Assembly (NCBI GenBank): GCA_030390025.1
Contig: CM059438.1
Span: 54,438,001-54,502,000 of the forward strand
DNA from: Squalus acanthias
Taxonomy: Eukaryota
DNA length: 64,000 bases
Reading direction: 5' to 3'
The first letter of the stretch is position 1. Each line of letters opens with the position of its first letter. The notes beneath the pieces are model-generated. The model made no database searches. It saw only the letters and a program-made list of their open reading frames with translations, and was not told the DNA's origin. A program made the position numbers and the translations under genes. Positions 37,201 to 51,457 of this stretch are shown here, piece by piece.

Positions 37201-40200
37201 ATTGTGTTTAATCCCACTCCCAGTAATTGTGTTTAATCCCACTCCCAGTAATTGTGTTTAATCCCACTCCCTGTGATTGTGTTTAATCCCACTCCCAGTA
37301 ATTGTGTTTAATCCCACTCACAGTGATTGTGTTTAATCCCACTCCCAGTGATTGTTTAATCCCGCTCCCAGTGATTGTGTTTAATCCCACTCCCAGTGAC
37401 TGTTTAATCCCGCTCCCAGAGATTGTGTTTAATCCCACTCCCAGTGATTGTTTAATCCCGCTCCCAGTGATTGTTTAATCCCACTCCCAGTGATTGTGTT
37501 TAATCCCACTCCCAGTGATTGTTTAATCCCACTCCCAGTGATTGTGTTTAATCCCACTCCCAGTAATTGTGTTTAATCCCACTCCGTGATAGTGTTTAAT
37601 CCCACTCCCAGTAATTGTGTTTAATCCCATTCCCAGTGATTGTGTTTAATCCCACTCCCAGTAATTGTGTTTAATCCCACTCCCAGTAATTGTGTTTAAT
37701 CCCACTCCCAGTAATTGTGTTTAATCCCACTCCCAGTGATTGTGTTTAATCCCACTCCCAGTGACTGTTTAATCCCGCTCCCAGTGATTGTGTTTAATCC
37801 CACTCCCAGTGATTGTTTAATCCCGCTCCCAGTGATTGTTTAATCCCACTCCCAGTAATTGTGTTTAATCCCACTCCCAGTGATTGTGTTTAATCCCACT
37901 CCCAGTGATTGTGTTTAATCCCACACCCAGTAAATGTGTTTAATCGCACTCCCAGTAATTGTGTTTAATCCCACTCCCAGTGATTGTGTTTAATCCAACT
38001 CCCAGTGATTGTGTTTAATCGCACTCCCAGTAATTGTGTTTAATCCCACTCCCAGTGATTGTGTTTAATCCCACTCCCAGTGATTGTGTTTAATCCCACT
38101 CCCAGTGATTGTGTTTAATCCCACACCCAGTAATTGTGTTTAATCCCACTCCCAGTAATTGTGTTTAATCCCACTCCCAGTGATTGTGTTTAATCCCACT
38201 CCCAGTGATTGTGTTTAATCCCACTCCCAGTGATTGTGTTTAATCGCACTCCCAGTAATTGTGTTTAATCCCACTCCCAGTGATTGTGTTTAATCCCACT
38301 CCCAGTGATTGTGTTTAATCCCACTCAAAGTGATTGTGTTTAATCGCACTCCCAGTAATTGTGTTTACTCCCACTCCCAGTGATTGTGTTTAATCCCACT
38401 CCCAGTGATTGTGTTTAATCGCACTCCCAGTGATTGTGTTTAATCCCACTCCCAGTGATTGTGTTTAATCCCACTCAAAGTGATTGTGTTTAATCGCACT
38501 CCCAGTAATTGTGTTTAATCCCACTCCCAGTGATTGTGTTTAATCCCACTCCCAGTGATTGTGTTTAATCGCACTCCCAGTGATTGTGTTTAATCCCACT
38601 CCCAGTGATTGTGTTTAATCGCACTCCCAGTGATTGTGTTTAATCGCACTCCCAGTGATTGTGTTTAATCCCACTCCCAGTGATTGTGTTTAATCCCACA
38701 CCCAGTAATTGTGTTTAATCGCACTCCCAGTAATTGTGTTTAATCGCACTCCCAGTAAATGTGTTTAATCCCACTCCCAGTAAATGTGTTTAATCCCACT
38801 CCCAGTAAATGTGTTTAATCCCACTCCCAGTAAATGTGTTTAATCCCACTCCCAGTAAATGTGTTTAATCGCACTCCCAGTAATTGTGTTTAATCCCACT
38901 CCCAGTGATTGTGTTTAATCGCACTCCCAGTAAATGTGTTTAATCCCACTCCCAGTAAATGTGTTTAATCGCACTCCCAGTAAATGTGTTTAATCGCACT
39001 CCCAGTAATTGTGTTTAATCCCACTCCCAGTGATTGTGTTTAATCCCACTCCCAGTGATTGTGTTTAATCCCACTCCCAGTGATTGTGTTTAATCCCACA
39101 CCCAGTAATTGTGTTTAATCGCACTCCCAGTAATTGTGTTTAATCCCACTCCCAGTGATTGTGTTTAATCCCACTCCCAGTGATTGTGTTTAATCCCACT
39201 CAAAGTGATTGTGTTTAATCGCACTACCAGTAATTGTGTTTAATCCCACTCCCAGTGATTGTGTTTAATCCCACTCCCAGTGATTGTGTTTAATCGCACT
39301 CCCAGTGATTGTGTTTAATCCCACTCCCAGTGATTGTGTTTAATCCCACTCAAAGTGATTGTGTTTAATCCCACTCAAAGTGATTGTGTTTAATCGCACT
39401 CCCAGTAATTGTGTTTAATCCCACTCCCAGTGATTGTGTTTAATCCCACTCCCAGTGATTGTGTTTAATCGCACTCCCAGTGATTGTGTTTAATCCCACT
39501 CTCAGTGATTGTGTTTAATCGCACTCCCAGTGATTGTGTTTAATCGCACTCCCAGTGATTGTGTTTAATCCCACTCCCAGTGATTGTGTTTAATCCCACA
39601 CCCAGTAATTGTGTTTAATCGCACTCCCAGTAATTGTGTTTAATCGCACTCCCAGTAAATGTGTTTAATCCCACTCCCAGTAAATGTGTTTAATCCCACT
39701 CCCAGTAAATGTGTTTAATCCCACTCCCAGTAAATGTGTTTAATCCCACTCCCAGTAAATGTGTTTAATCCCACTCCCAGTAAATGTGTTTAATCGCACT
39801 CCCAGTAATTGTGTTTAATCCCACTCCCAGTGATTGTGTTTAATCGCACTCCCAGTAAATGTGTTTAATCCCACTCCCAGTAAATGTGTTTAATCGCACT
39901 CCCAGTAAATGTGTTTAATCGCACTCCCAGTAATTGTGTTTAATCCCACACCCAGTAATTGTGTTTAATCCCACTCCCAGTAAATGGGTTTAATCGCACT
40001 CCCAGTAAATGTGTTTAATCGCACTCCCAGTAATTGTGTTTAATGCCACCCCCAGTAATTGTGTTTAATCGCACTCCCAGTAATTGCGTTTAATCCCACC
40101 CCCAGTAATTGTGTTTAATCGCACCCCCAGTAATTGTGTTTAATCGCACCCCCAGTAATTGTGTTTAATCGCACTCCCAGTAATTGCGTTTAATCCCACC

Positions 40201-43200
40201 CCCAGTAATTGTGTTTAATCGCACCCCCAGTAATTGTGTTTAATCGCACTCCCAGTAATTGTGTTTAATCTCACTCCCAGTAATTGTGTTTAATCGCACT
40301 CCCAGTAATTGTGTTTAATCCCACTCCCAGTGATTGTGTTTAATCCCACTCCCAGTAATTGTGTTTAATCGCACTCCCAGTAATTGTGTTTAATCGCACT
40401 CCCAGTAATTGTGTTTAATCCCACTCCCAGTAATTGTGTTTAATCCCACTCCCAGTGATTGTGTTTAATCCCACTCCCAGTAATTGTGTTTAATCGCACT
40501 CCCAGTAATTGTGTTTAATCCCACTCCCAGTAATTGTGTTTAATCCCACTCACAGTAATTGTGTTTAATCCCACTCCCAGTGATTGTTTAATCCCGCTCC
40601 CAGTGATTGTGTTTAATCCCACTCCCAGTGACTGTTTAATCCCGCTCCCAGAGATTGTGTTTAATCCCACTCCCAGTGATTGTTTAATCCCGCTCCCAGT
40701 GATTGTTTAATCCCACTCCCAGTGATTGTGTTTAATCCCACTCCCAGTGATTGTTTAATCCCACTCCCAGTGATTGTGTTTAATCCCACTCCCAGTAATT
40801 GTGTTTAATCCCACTCCGTGATAGTGTTTAATCCCACTCCCAGTAATTGTGTTTAATCCCATTCCCAGTGATTGTGTTTAATCCCACTCCCAGTAATTGT
40901 GTTTAATCCCACTCCCAGTAATTGTGTTTAATCCCACTCCCAGTAATTGTGTTTAATCCCACTCCCAGTGATTGTGTTTAATCCCACTCCCAGTGACTGT
41001 TTAATCCCGCTCCCAGTGATTGTGTTTAATCCCACTCCCAGTGATTGTTTAATCCCGCTCCCAGTGATTGTTTAATCCCACTCCCAGTAATTGTGTTTAA
41101 TCCCACTCCCAGTGATTGTGTTTAATCCCACTCCCAGTGATTGTGTTTAATCCCACACCCAGTAAATGTGTTTAATCGCACTCCCAGTAATTGTGTTTAA
41201 TCCCACTCCCAGTGATTGTGTTTAATCCAACTCCCAGTGATTGTGTTTAATCGCACTCCCAGTAATTGTGTTTAATCCCACTCCCAGTGATTGTGTTTAA
41301 TCCCACTCCCAGTGATTGTGTTTAATCCCACTCCCAGTGATTGTGTTTAATCCCACACCCAGTAATTGTGTTTAATCCCACTCCCAGTAATTGTGTTTAA
41401 TCCCACTCCCAGTGATTGTGTTTAATCCCACTCCCAGTGATTGTGTTTAATCCCACTCCCAGTGATTGTGTTTAATCGCACTCCCAGTAATTGTGTTTAA
41501 TCCCACTCCCAGTGATTGTGTTTAATCCCACTCCCAGTGATTGTGTTTAATCCCACTCAAAGTGATTGTGTTTAATCGCACTCCCAGTAATTGTGTTTAC
41601 TCCCACTCCCAGTGATTGTGTTTAATCCCACTCCCAGTGATTGTGTTTAATCGCACTCCCAGTGATTGTGTTTAATCCCACTCCCAGTGATTGTGTTTAA
41701 TCCCACTCAAAGTGATTGTGTTTAATCGCACTCCCAGTAATTGTGTTTAATCCCACTCCCAGTGATTGTGTTTAATCCCACTCCCAGTGATTGTGTTTAA
41801 TCGCACTCCCAGTGATTGTGTTTAATCCCACTCCCAGTGATTGTGTTTAATCGCACTCCCAGTGATTGTGTTTAATCGCACTCCCAGTGATTGTGTTTAA
41901 TCCCACTCCCAGTGATTGTGTTTAATCCCACACCCAGTAATTGTGTTTAATCGCACTCCCAGTAATTGTGTTTAATCGCACTCCCAGTAAATGTGTTTAA
42001 TCCCACTCCCAGTAAATGTGTTTAATCCCACTCCCAGTAAATGTGTTTAATCCCACTCCCAGTAAATGTGTTTAATCCCACTCCCAGTAAATGTGTTTAA
42101 TCGCACTCCCAGTAATTGTGTTTAATCCCACTCCCAGTGATTGTGTTTAATCGCACTCCCAGTAAATGTGTTTAATCCCACTCCCAGTAAATGTGTTTAA
42201 TCGCACTCCCAGTAAATGTGTTTAATCGCACTCCCAGTAATTGTGTTTAATCCCACTCCCAGTGATTGTGTTTAATCCCACTCCCAGTGATTGTGTTTAA
42301 TCCCACTCCCAGTGATTGTGTTTAATCCCACACCCAGTAATTGTGTTTAATCGCACTCCCAGTAATTGTGTTTAATCCCACTCCCAGTGATTGTGTTTAA
42401 TCCCACTCCCAGTGATTGTGTTTAATCCCACTCAAAGTGATTGTGTTTAATCGCACTACCAGTAATTGTGTTTAATCCCACTCCCAGTGATTGTGTTTAA
42501 TCCCACTCCCAGTGATTGTGTTTAATCGCACTCCCAGTGATTGTGTTTAATCCCACTCCCAGTGATTGTGTTTAATCCCACTCAAAGTGATTGTGTTTAA
42601 TCCCACTCAAAGTGATTGTGTTTAATCGCACTCCCAGTAATTGTGTTTAATCCCACTCCCAGTGATTGTGTTTAATCCCACTCCCAGTGATTGTGTTTAA
42701 TCGCACTCCCAGTGATTGTGTTTAATCCCACTCTCAGTGATTGTGTTTAATCGCACTCCCAGTGATTGTGTTTAATCCCACTCCCAGTAAATGTGTTTAA
42801 TCCCACTCCCAGTAAATGTGTTTAATCCCACTCCCAGTAAATGTGTTTAATCCCACTCCCAGTAAATGTGTTTAATCGCACTCCCAGTAATTGTGTTTAA
42901 TCCCACTCCCAGTGATTGTGTTTAATCGCACTCCCAGTAAATGTGTTTAATCCCACTCCCAGTAAATGTGTTTAATCGCACTCCCAGTAAATGTGTTTAA
43001 TCGCACTCCCAGTAATTGTGTTTAATCCCACACCCAGTAATTGTGTTTAATCCCACTCCCAGTAAATGGGTTTAATCGCACTCCCAGTAAATGTGTTTAA
43101 TCGCACTCCCAGTAATTGTGTTTAATGCCACCCCCAGTAATTGTGTTTAATCGCACTCCCAGTAATTGTGTTTAATCCCACTCCCAGTAAATGTGTTTAA

Positions 43201-46200
43201 TCGCACTCCCAGTAATTGTGTTTAATCCCACTCCCAGTGATTGTGTTTAATCGCACTCCCAGTAAATGTGTTTAATCCCACTCCCAGTAAATGTGTTTAA
43301 TCGCACCCCCAGTAATTGTGTTTAATCGCACCCCCAGTAATTGTGTTTAATCGCACTCCCAGTAATTGCGTTTAATCCCACCCCCAGTAATTGTGTTTAA
43401 TCGCACCCCCAGTAATTGTGTTTAATCGCACTCCCAGTAATTGTGTTTAATCTCACTCCCAGTAATTGTGTTTAATCGCACTCCCAGTAATTGTGTTTAA
43501 TCCCACTCCCAGTGATTGTGTTTAATCCCACTCCCAGTAATTGTGTTTAATCGCACTCCCAGTAATTGTGTTTAATCGCACTCCCAGTAATTGTGTTTAA
43601 TCCCACTCCCAGTAATTGTGTTTAATCCCACTCCCAGTGATTGTGTTTAATCCCACTCCCAGTAATTGTGTTTAATCGCACTCCCAGTAATTGTGTTTAA
43701 TCCCACTCCCAGTGATTGTGTTTAATCCCACTCCCAGTGATTGTGTTTAATCCCACTCCCTGTAAATGTGTTTAATCGCACTCCCAGTAATTGTGTTTAA
43801 TCCCGCTCCCAGTGATTGTGTTGAATCCCACTCCCAATAATTGTGTTTAATCCCTCTCCCAGTGATTGTGTTTAATCCCATTCCAAGGAATTGTGTTCAA
43901 TCCCACTCCGAGTGATTGTTTAATCCCACTCCCAGTGATTGTGTTTAATCGCACTCCCAGTGATTGTGTTTAATCCACTCCCAGTAATTGTGTTTAATCC
44001 CACTCCCAGTGATTGTGTTTAATCCCACTCCCAGTGATTGTGTTTAATCCCACTCCCAGTGATTATTTAATCCCACTCCCAGTAATTGTGTTTAATCCCA
44101 CTCCCAGTAATTGTGTTTAATCCCACTCCCAGTGATTGTTTAATCCCGCTCCCAGTGATTGTGTTTAATCCCACTCCCAGTAATTATGTTTAATCCCACT
44201 TCCAGTGATTGTGTTTAATCCCACTCCCAGTAATTGTGTTTAATCCCACTCCCAGTAATTGTGTTTAATCCCACTCCCTGTGATTGTGTTTAATCCCACT
44301 CCCAGTAATTGTGTTTAATCCCACTCCCTGTGATTGTGTTTAATCCCACTCCCAGTGATTGTGTTTAATCCCACTCCCAGTGATTGTTTAATCCCACTCC
44401 CAGTGATTGTGTTTAATCCCACTCCCAGTAATTGTGTTTAATCCCACTCCGTGATAGTGTTTAATCCCACTCCCAGTAATTGTGTTTAATCCCATTCCCA
44501 GTGATTGTGTTTAATCCCACTCCCAGTAATTGTGTTTAATCCCACTCCCAGTAATTGTGTTTAATCCCACTCCCAGTAATTGTGTTTAATCCCACTCCCA
44601 GTGATTGTGTTTAATCCCACTCCCAGTGACTGTTTAATCCCGCTCCCAGTGATTGTGTTTAATCCCACTCCCAGTGATTGTTTAATCCCGCTCCCAGTGA
44701 TTGTTTAATCCCACTCCCAGTAATTGTGTTTAATCCCACTCCCAGTGATTGTGTTTAATCCCACTCCCAGTGATTGTGTTTAATCCCACACCCAGTAAAT
44801 GTGTTTAATCGCACTCCCAGTAATTGTGTTTAATCCCACTCCCAGTGATTGTGTTTAATCCAACTCCCAGTGATTGTGTTTAATCGCACTCCCAGTAATT
44901 GTGTTTAATCCCACTCCCAGTGATTGTGTTTAATCCCACTCCCAGTGATTGTGTTTAATCCCACTCCCAGTGATTGTGTTTAATCCCACACCCAGTAATT
45001 GTGTTTAATCCCACTCCCAGTAATTGTGTTTAATCCCACTCCCAGTGATTGTGTTTAATCCCACTCCCAGTGATTGTGTTTAATCCCACTCCCAGTGATT
45101 GTGTTTAATCGCACTCCCAGTAATTGTGTTTAATCCCACTCCCAGTGATTGTGTTTAATCCCACTCCCAGTGATTGTGTTTAATCCCACTCAAAGTGATT
45201 GTGTTTAATCGCACTCCCAGTAATTGTGTTTACTCCCACTCCCAGTGATTGTGTTTAATCCCACTCCCAGTGATTGTGTTTAATCGCACTCCCAGTGATT
45301 GTGTTTAATCCCACTCCCAGTGATTGTGTTTAATCCCACTCAAAGTGATTGTGTTTAATCGCACTCCCAGTAATTGTGTTTAATCCCACTCCCAGTGATT
45401 GTGTTTAATCCCACTCCCAGTGATTGTGTTTAATCGCACTCCCAGTGATTGTGTTTAATCCCACTCCCAGTGATTGTGTTTAATCGCACTCCCAGTGATT
45501 GTGTTTAATCGCACTCCCAGTGATTGTGTTTAATCCCACTCCCAGTGATTGTGTTTAATCCCACACCCAGTAATTGTGTTTAATCGCACTCCCAGTAATT
45601 GTGTTTAATCGCACTCCCAGTAAATGTGTTTAATCCCACTCCCAGTAAATGTGTTTAATCCCACTCCCAGTAAATGTGTTTAATCCCACTCCCAGTAAAT
45701 GTGTTTAATCCCACTCCCAGTAAATGTGTTTAATCGCACTCCCAGTAATTGTGTTTAATCCCACTCCCAGTGATTGTGTTTAATCGCACTCCCAGTAAAT
45801 GTGTTTAATCCCACTCCCAGTAAATGTGTTTAATCGCACTCCCAGTAAATGTGTTTAATCGCACTCCCAGTAATTGTGTTTAATCCCACTCCCAGTGATT
45901 GTGTTTAATCCCACTCCCAGTGATTGTGTTTAATCCCACTCCCAGTGATTGTGTTTAATCCCACACCCAGTAATTGTGTTTAATCGCACTCCCAGTAATT
46001 GTGTTTAATCCCACTCCCAGTGATTGTGTTTAATCCCACTCCCAGTGATTGTGTTTAATCCCACTCAAAGTGATTGTGTTTAATCGCACTACCAGTAATT
46101 GTGTTTAATCCCACTCCCAGTGATTGTGTTTAATCCCACTCCCAGTGATTGTGTTTAATCGCACTCCCAGTGATTGTGTTTAATCCCACTCCCAGTGATT

Positions 46201-49200
46201 GTGTTTAATCCCACTCAAAGTGATTGTGTTTAATCCCACTCAAAGTGATTGTGTTTAATCGCACTCCCAGTAATTGTGTTTAATCCCACTCCCAGTGATT
46301 GTGTTTAATCCCACTCCCAGTGATTGTGTTTAATCGCACTCCCAGTGATTGTGTTTAATCCCACTCTCAGTGATTGTGTTTAATCGCACTCCCAGTGATT
46401 GTGTTTAATCCCACTCCCAGTAAATGTGTTTAATCCCACTCCCAGTAAATGTGTTTAATCCCACTCCCAGTAAATGTGTTTAATCCCACTCCCAGTAAAT
46501 GTGTTTAATCGCACTCCCAGTAATTGTGTTTAATCCCACTCCCAGTGATTGTGTTTAATCGCACTCCCAGTAAATGTGTTTAATCCCACTCCCAGTAAAT
46601 GTGTTTAATCGCACTCCCAGTAAATGTGTTTAATCGCACTCCCAGTAATTGTGTTTAATCCCACACCCAGTAATTGTGTTTAATCCCACTCCCAGTAAAT
46701 GGGTTTAATCGCACTCCCAGTAAATGTGTTTAATCGCACTCCCAGTAATTGTGTTTAATGCCACCCCCAGTAATTGTGTTTAATCGCACTCCCAGTAATT
46801 GCGTTTAATCCCACCCCCAGTAATTGTGTTTAATCGCACCCCCAGTAATTGTGTTTAATCGCACCCCCAGTAATTGTGTTTAATCGCACTCCCAGTAATT
46901 GCGTTTAATCCCACCCCCAGTAATTGTGTTTAATCGCACCCCCAGTAATTGTGTTTAATCGCACTCCCAGTAATTGTGTTTAATCTCACTCCCAGTAATT
47001 GTGTTTAATCGCACTCCCAGTAATTGTGTTTAATCCCACTCCCAGTGATTGTGTTTAATCCCACTCCCAGTAATTGTGTTTAATCGCACTCCCAGTAATT
47101 GTGTTTAATCGCACTCCCAGTAATTGTGTTTAATCCCACTCCCAGTAATTGTGTTTAATCCCACTCCCAGTGATTGTGTTTAATCCCACTCCCAGTAATT
47201 GTGTTTAATCGCACTCCCAGTAATTGTGTTTAATCCCACTCCCAGTGATTGTGTTTAATCCCACTCCCAGTGATTGTGTTTAATCCCACTCCCTGTAAAT
47301 GTGTTTAATCGCACTCCCAGTAATTGTGTTTAATCCCGCTCCCAGTGATTGTGTTGAATCCCACTCCCAATAATTGTGTTTAATCCCTCTCCCAGTGATT
47401 GTGTTTAATCCCATTCCAAGGAATTGTGTTCAATCCCACTCCGAGTGATTGTTTAATCCCACTCCCAGTGATTGTGTTTAATCGCACTCCCAGTGATTGT
47501 GTTTAATCCCACTCCCAGTAATTGTGTTTAATCCCACTCCCAGTGATTGTGTTTAATCCCACTCCCAGTGATTGTGTTTAATCCCACTCCCAGTGATTAT
47601 TTAATCCCACTCCCAGTAATTGTGTTTAATCCCACTCCCAGTAATTGTGTTTAATCCCACTCCCAGTGATTGTTTAATCCCGCTCCCAGTGATTGTGTTT
47701 AATCCCACTCCCAGTAATTATGTTTAATCCCACTTCCAGTGATTGTGTTTAATCCCACTCCCAGTAATTGTGTTTAATCCCACTCCCAGTAATTGTGTTT
47801 AATCCCACTCCCTGTGATTGTGTTTAATCCCACTCCCAGTAATTGTGTTTAATCCCACTCACAGTAATTGTGTTTTATCCCACTCCCAGTGATTGTTTAA
47901 TCCCGCTCCCAGTGATTGTGTTTAATCCCACTCCCAGTGACTGTTTAATCCCGCTCCCAGAGATTGTGTTTAATCCCACTCCCAGTGATTGTTTAATCCC
48001 GCTCCCAGTGATTGTTTAATCCCACTCCCAGTGATTGTGTTTAATCCCACTCCCAGTAATTGTGTTTAATCCCACTCCGTGATAGTGTTTAATCCCACTC
48101 CCAGTAATTGTGTTTAATCCCATTCCCAGTGATTGTGTTTAATCCCACTCCCAGTAATTGTGTTTAATCCCACTCCCAGTAATTGTGTTTAATCCCACTC
48201 CCAGTAATTGTGTTTAATCCCACTCCCAGTGATTGTGTTTAATCCCACTCCCAGTGACTGTTTAATCCCGCTCCCAGTGATTGTGTTTAATCCCACTCCC
48301 AGTGATTGTTTAATCCCGCTCCCAGTGATTGTTTAATCCCACTCCCAGTAATTGTGTTTAATCCCACTCCCAGTGATTGTGTTTAATCCCACTCCGTGAT
48401 TGTGTTTAATCCCACACCCAGTAAATGTGTTTAATCGCACTCCCAGTAATTGTGTTTAATCCCACTCCCAGTGATTGTGTTTAATCCAACTCCCAGTGAT
48501 TGTGTTTAATCGCACTCCCAGTAATTGTGTTTAATCCCACTCCCAGTGATTGTGTTTAATCCCACTCCCAGTGATTGTGTTTAATCCCACTCCCAGTGAT
48601 TGTGTTTAATCCCACACCCAGTAATTGTGTTTAATCCCACTCCCAGTAATTGTGTTTAATCCCACTCCCAGTGATTGTGTTTAATCCCACTCCCAGTGAT
48701 TGTGTTTAATCCCACTCCCAGTGATTGTGTTTAATCCCACACCCAGTAATTGTGTTTAATCGCACTCCCAGTAATTGTGTTTAATCCCACTCCCAGTGAT
48801 TGTGTTTAATCCCACTCCCAGTGATTGTGTTTAATCCCACTCAAAGTGATTGTGTTTAATCGCACTCCCAGTAATTGTGTTTAATCCCACTCCCAGTGAT
48901 TGTGTTTAATCCCACTCCCAGTGATTGTGTTTAATCGCACTCCCAGTGATTGTGTTTAATCCCACTCCCAGTGATTGTGCTTAATCCCACTCAAAGTGAT
49001 TGTGTTTAATCGCACTCCCAGTAATTGTGTTTAATCCCTCTCCCAGTGATTGTGTTTAATCCCACTCCCAGTGATTGTGTTTAATCGCACTCCCAGTGAT
49101 TGTGTTTAATCCCACTCCCAGTGATTGTGTTTAATCGCACTCCCAGTGATTGTGTTTAATCGCACTCCCAGTGATTGTGTTTAATCCCACTCCCAGTGAT

Positions 49201-51457
49201 TGTGTTTAATCCCACACCCAGTAAATGTGTTTAATCCCACTCCCAGTAAATGTGTTTAATCCCACTCCCAGTAAATGTGTTTAATCCCACTCCCAGTAAA
49301 TGTGTTTAATCCCACTCCCAGTAAATGTGTTTAATCCCACTCCCAGTAAATGTGTTTAATCGCACTCCCAGTAATTGTGTTTAATCCCACTCCCAGTGAT
49401 TGTGTGTAATCGCACTCCCAGTAAATGTGTTTAATCCCACTCCCAGTAAATGTGTTTAATCGCACTCCCAGTAATTGTGTTTAATCCCACACCCAGTAAT
49501 TGTGTTTAATCGCACTCCCAGTAATTGCGTTTAATCTCACTCCCAGTAATTGTGTTTAATCGCACTCCCAGTAATTGTGTTTAATCCCACTCCCAGTGAT
49601 TGTGTTTAATCCCACTCCCAGTGATTGTGTTTAATCCCACTCCCAGTGATTGCGTTTAATCCCACCCCAGTAATTGTGTTTAATCGCACCCCCAGTAATT
49701 GTGTTTAATCGCACTCCCAGTAATTGTGTTTAATCTCACTCCCAGTAATTGTGTTTAATCGCACTCCCAGTAATTGTGTTTAATCCCACTCCTAGTGATT
49801 GTGTTTAATCCCACTCCCAGTAATTGTGTTTAATCGCACTCCCAGTAATTGTGTTTAATCCCACTCCCAGTGATTGTGTTTAATCCCACTCCCAGTGATT
49901 GTGTTTAATCCCACTCCCTGTAAATGTGTTTAATCGCACTCCCAGTAATTGTGTTTAATCCCGCTCCCAGTGATTGTGTTTAATCCCACTCCCAATAATT
50001 GTGTTTAATCCCTCTCCCAGTGATTGTGTTTAATCCCATTCCAAGGAATTGTGTTTAATCCCACTCCGAGTGATTGTTTAATCCCACTCCGTGATTGTGT
50101 TTAATCCCACTCCCAGTAATTGTGTTTAATCCCACTCCCAGTGATTGTTTAATCCCGCTCCCAGTGATTGTGTTTAATCCCACTCCCACTGATTGTTTAA
50201 TCCCGCTCCCAGTGATTGTGTTTAATCCCACTCCCAGTGATTGTCTAATCCCGCTCCCAGTGATTGTTTAATCCCACTCCCAGTGATTGTGTTTAATCCC
50301 ACTCCCAGTGATTGTGTTTAATCCCACTCCCAGTAATTGTGTTTAATCCCACTCCGTGATAGTGTTTAATCCCACTCCCAGTGATTGTGTTTAATCCCAC
50401 TCCCAGTAATTGTGTTTAATCCCACTCCCAGTAATTGAGTTTAATCCCACTCCGTGATAGTGTTTAATCCCACTCCCAGTAATTGTGTTTAATCCCACTC
50501 CATGATTGTGTTTAATCCCACTCCCAGTAATTGTGTTTAATCCCACTCCCAGTAATTGTGTTTAATCCCACTCCCAGTAATTGAGTTTAATCCCACTCCG
50601 TGATAGTGTTTAATCCCACTCCCAGTAATTGTGTTTAATCCCACTCCCAGTAATTGTGTTTAATCCCACTCCCAGTAATTGTGTTTAATCCCACTCCATG
50701 ATTGTGTTTAATCCCACTCCCAGTAATTGTGTTTAATCCCACTCCCAGTGATTGTCTTTAATCCCACTCCCTGTAATTGTGTTTAATCCCACTCCCAGTG
50801 ATTGTGTTTAATCCCACTCCCAGTAATTGTGTTTAATTTCACTCCCAGTGATTGTGTTTAATCCCACTCCCAGTAATTGTGTTTAATTTCACTCCGAGTG
50901 ATTGTGTTTAATCCCACTCCCAGTAATTGTGTTTAATCCCATTCCAAGTAATTGTGTTTAATCCCACTCCCAGTAATTGTGTTTAATCCCATTCCCAGTA
51001 ATTGTGTGCTTAATCCCACTCCCAGTGATTGTGTTTAATCCCATTCCAAGTAATTGTGTTTAATCCCACTCCCAGTGATTGTTTAATCCCACTCCCAGTA
51101 ATTGTGTGTTTAATCCCACTCCCAGTGATTGTGTTTAATCCCATTCCAAGTAATTGTGTTTAATCCCATTCCAAGTAAATGTGTTTAATCCCACGCCAAG
51201 TAAATGTGTTTAATCCCACTCCCAGTCATTGTTTAATCCCACTCCGTGATTGTGTTCAATCCCACTCCCAGTAATTGTGTTTAATCCCACTCCCAGTAAT
51301 TGTGTTTAATCCCACTCCCAGTAATTGTGTTTAATCCCACTCCCAGTAATTGTGTTTAATCCCACTCCCAGTGATTGTGTGTTTAATCCCACTCCCAGTG
51401 ATTGTGTTTATCCCACTCCCAGTAATTTTGTGTTTAATCGCACTCCCAGTAATTGTG
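19266..51457. repeat. Satellite array, 25-bp unit C(C/G)CACTCCCAGT(A/G)ATTGTGTTTAAT, ~32 kb, ~1,300 copies by length
   Basis: Uninterrupted head-to-tail repeats in one orientation, with recurrent variant monomers including 23-bp deletion variants. Confidence 0.99.

Noticed and set aside
19266..51457. CRISPR-like array (25-bp repeats)
   Set aside because: Units are contiguous with no unique spacers, there are no cas genes, and the context is eukaryotic.
19266..51457. Telomeric repeat
   Set aside because: TAATCCC only loosely resembles (CCCTAA)n; the unit is 25 bp and no TTAGGG runs are present.
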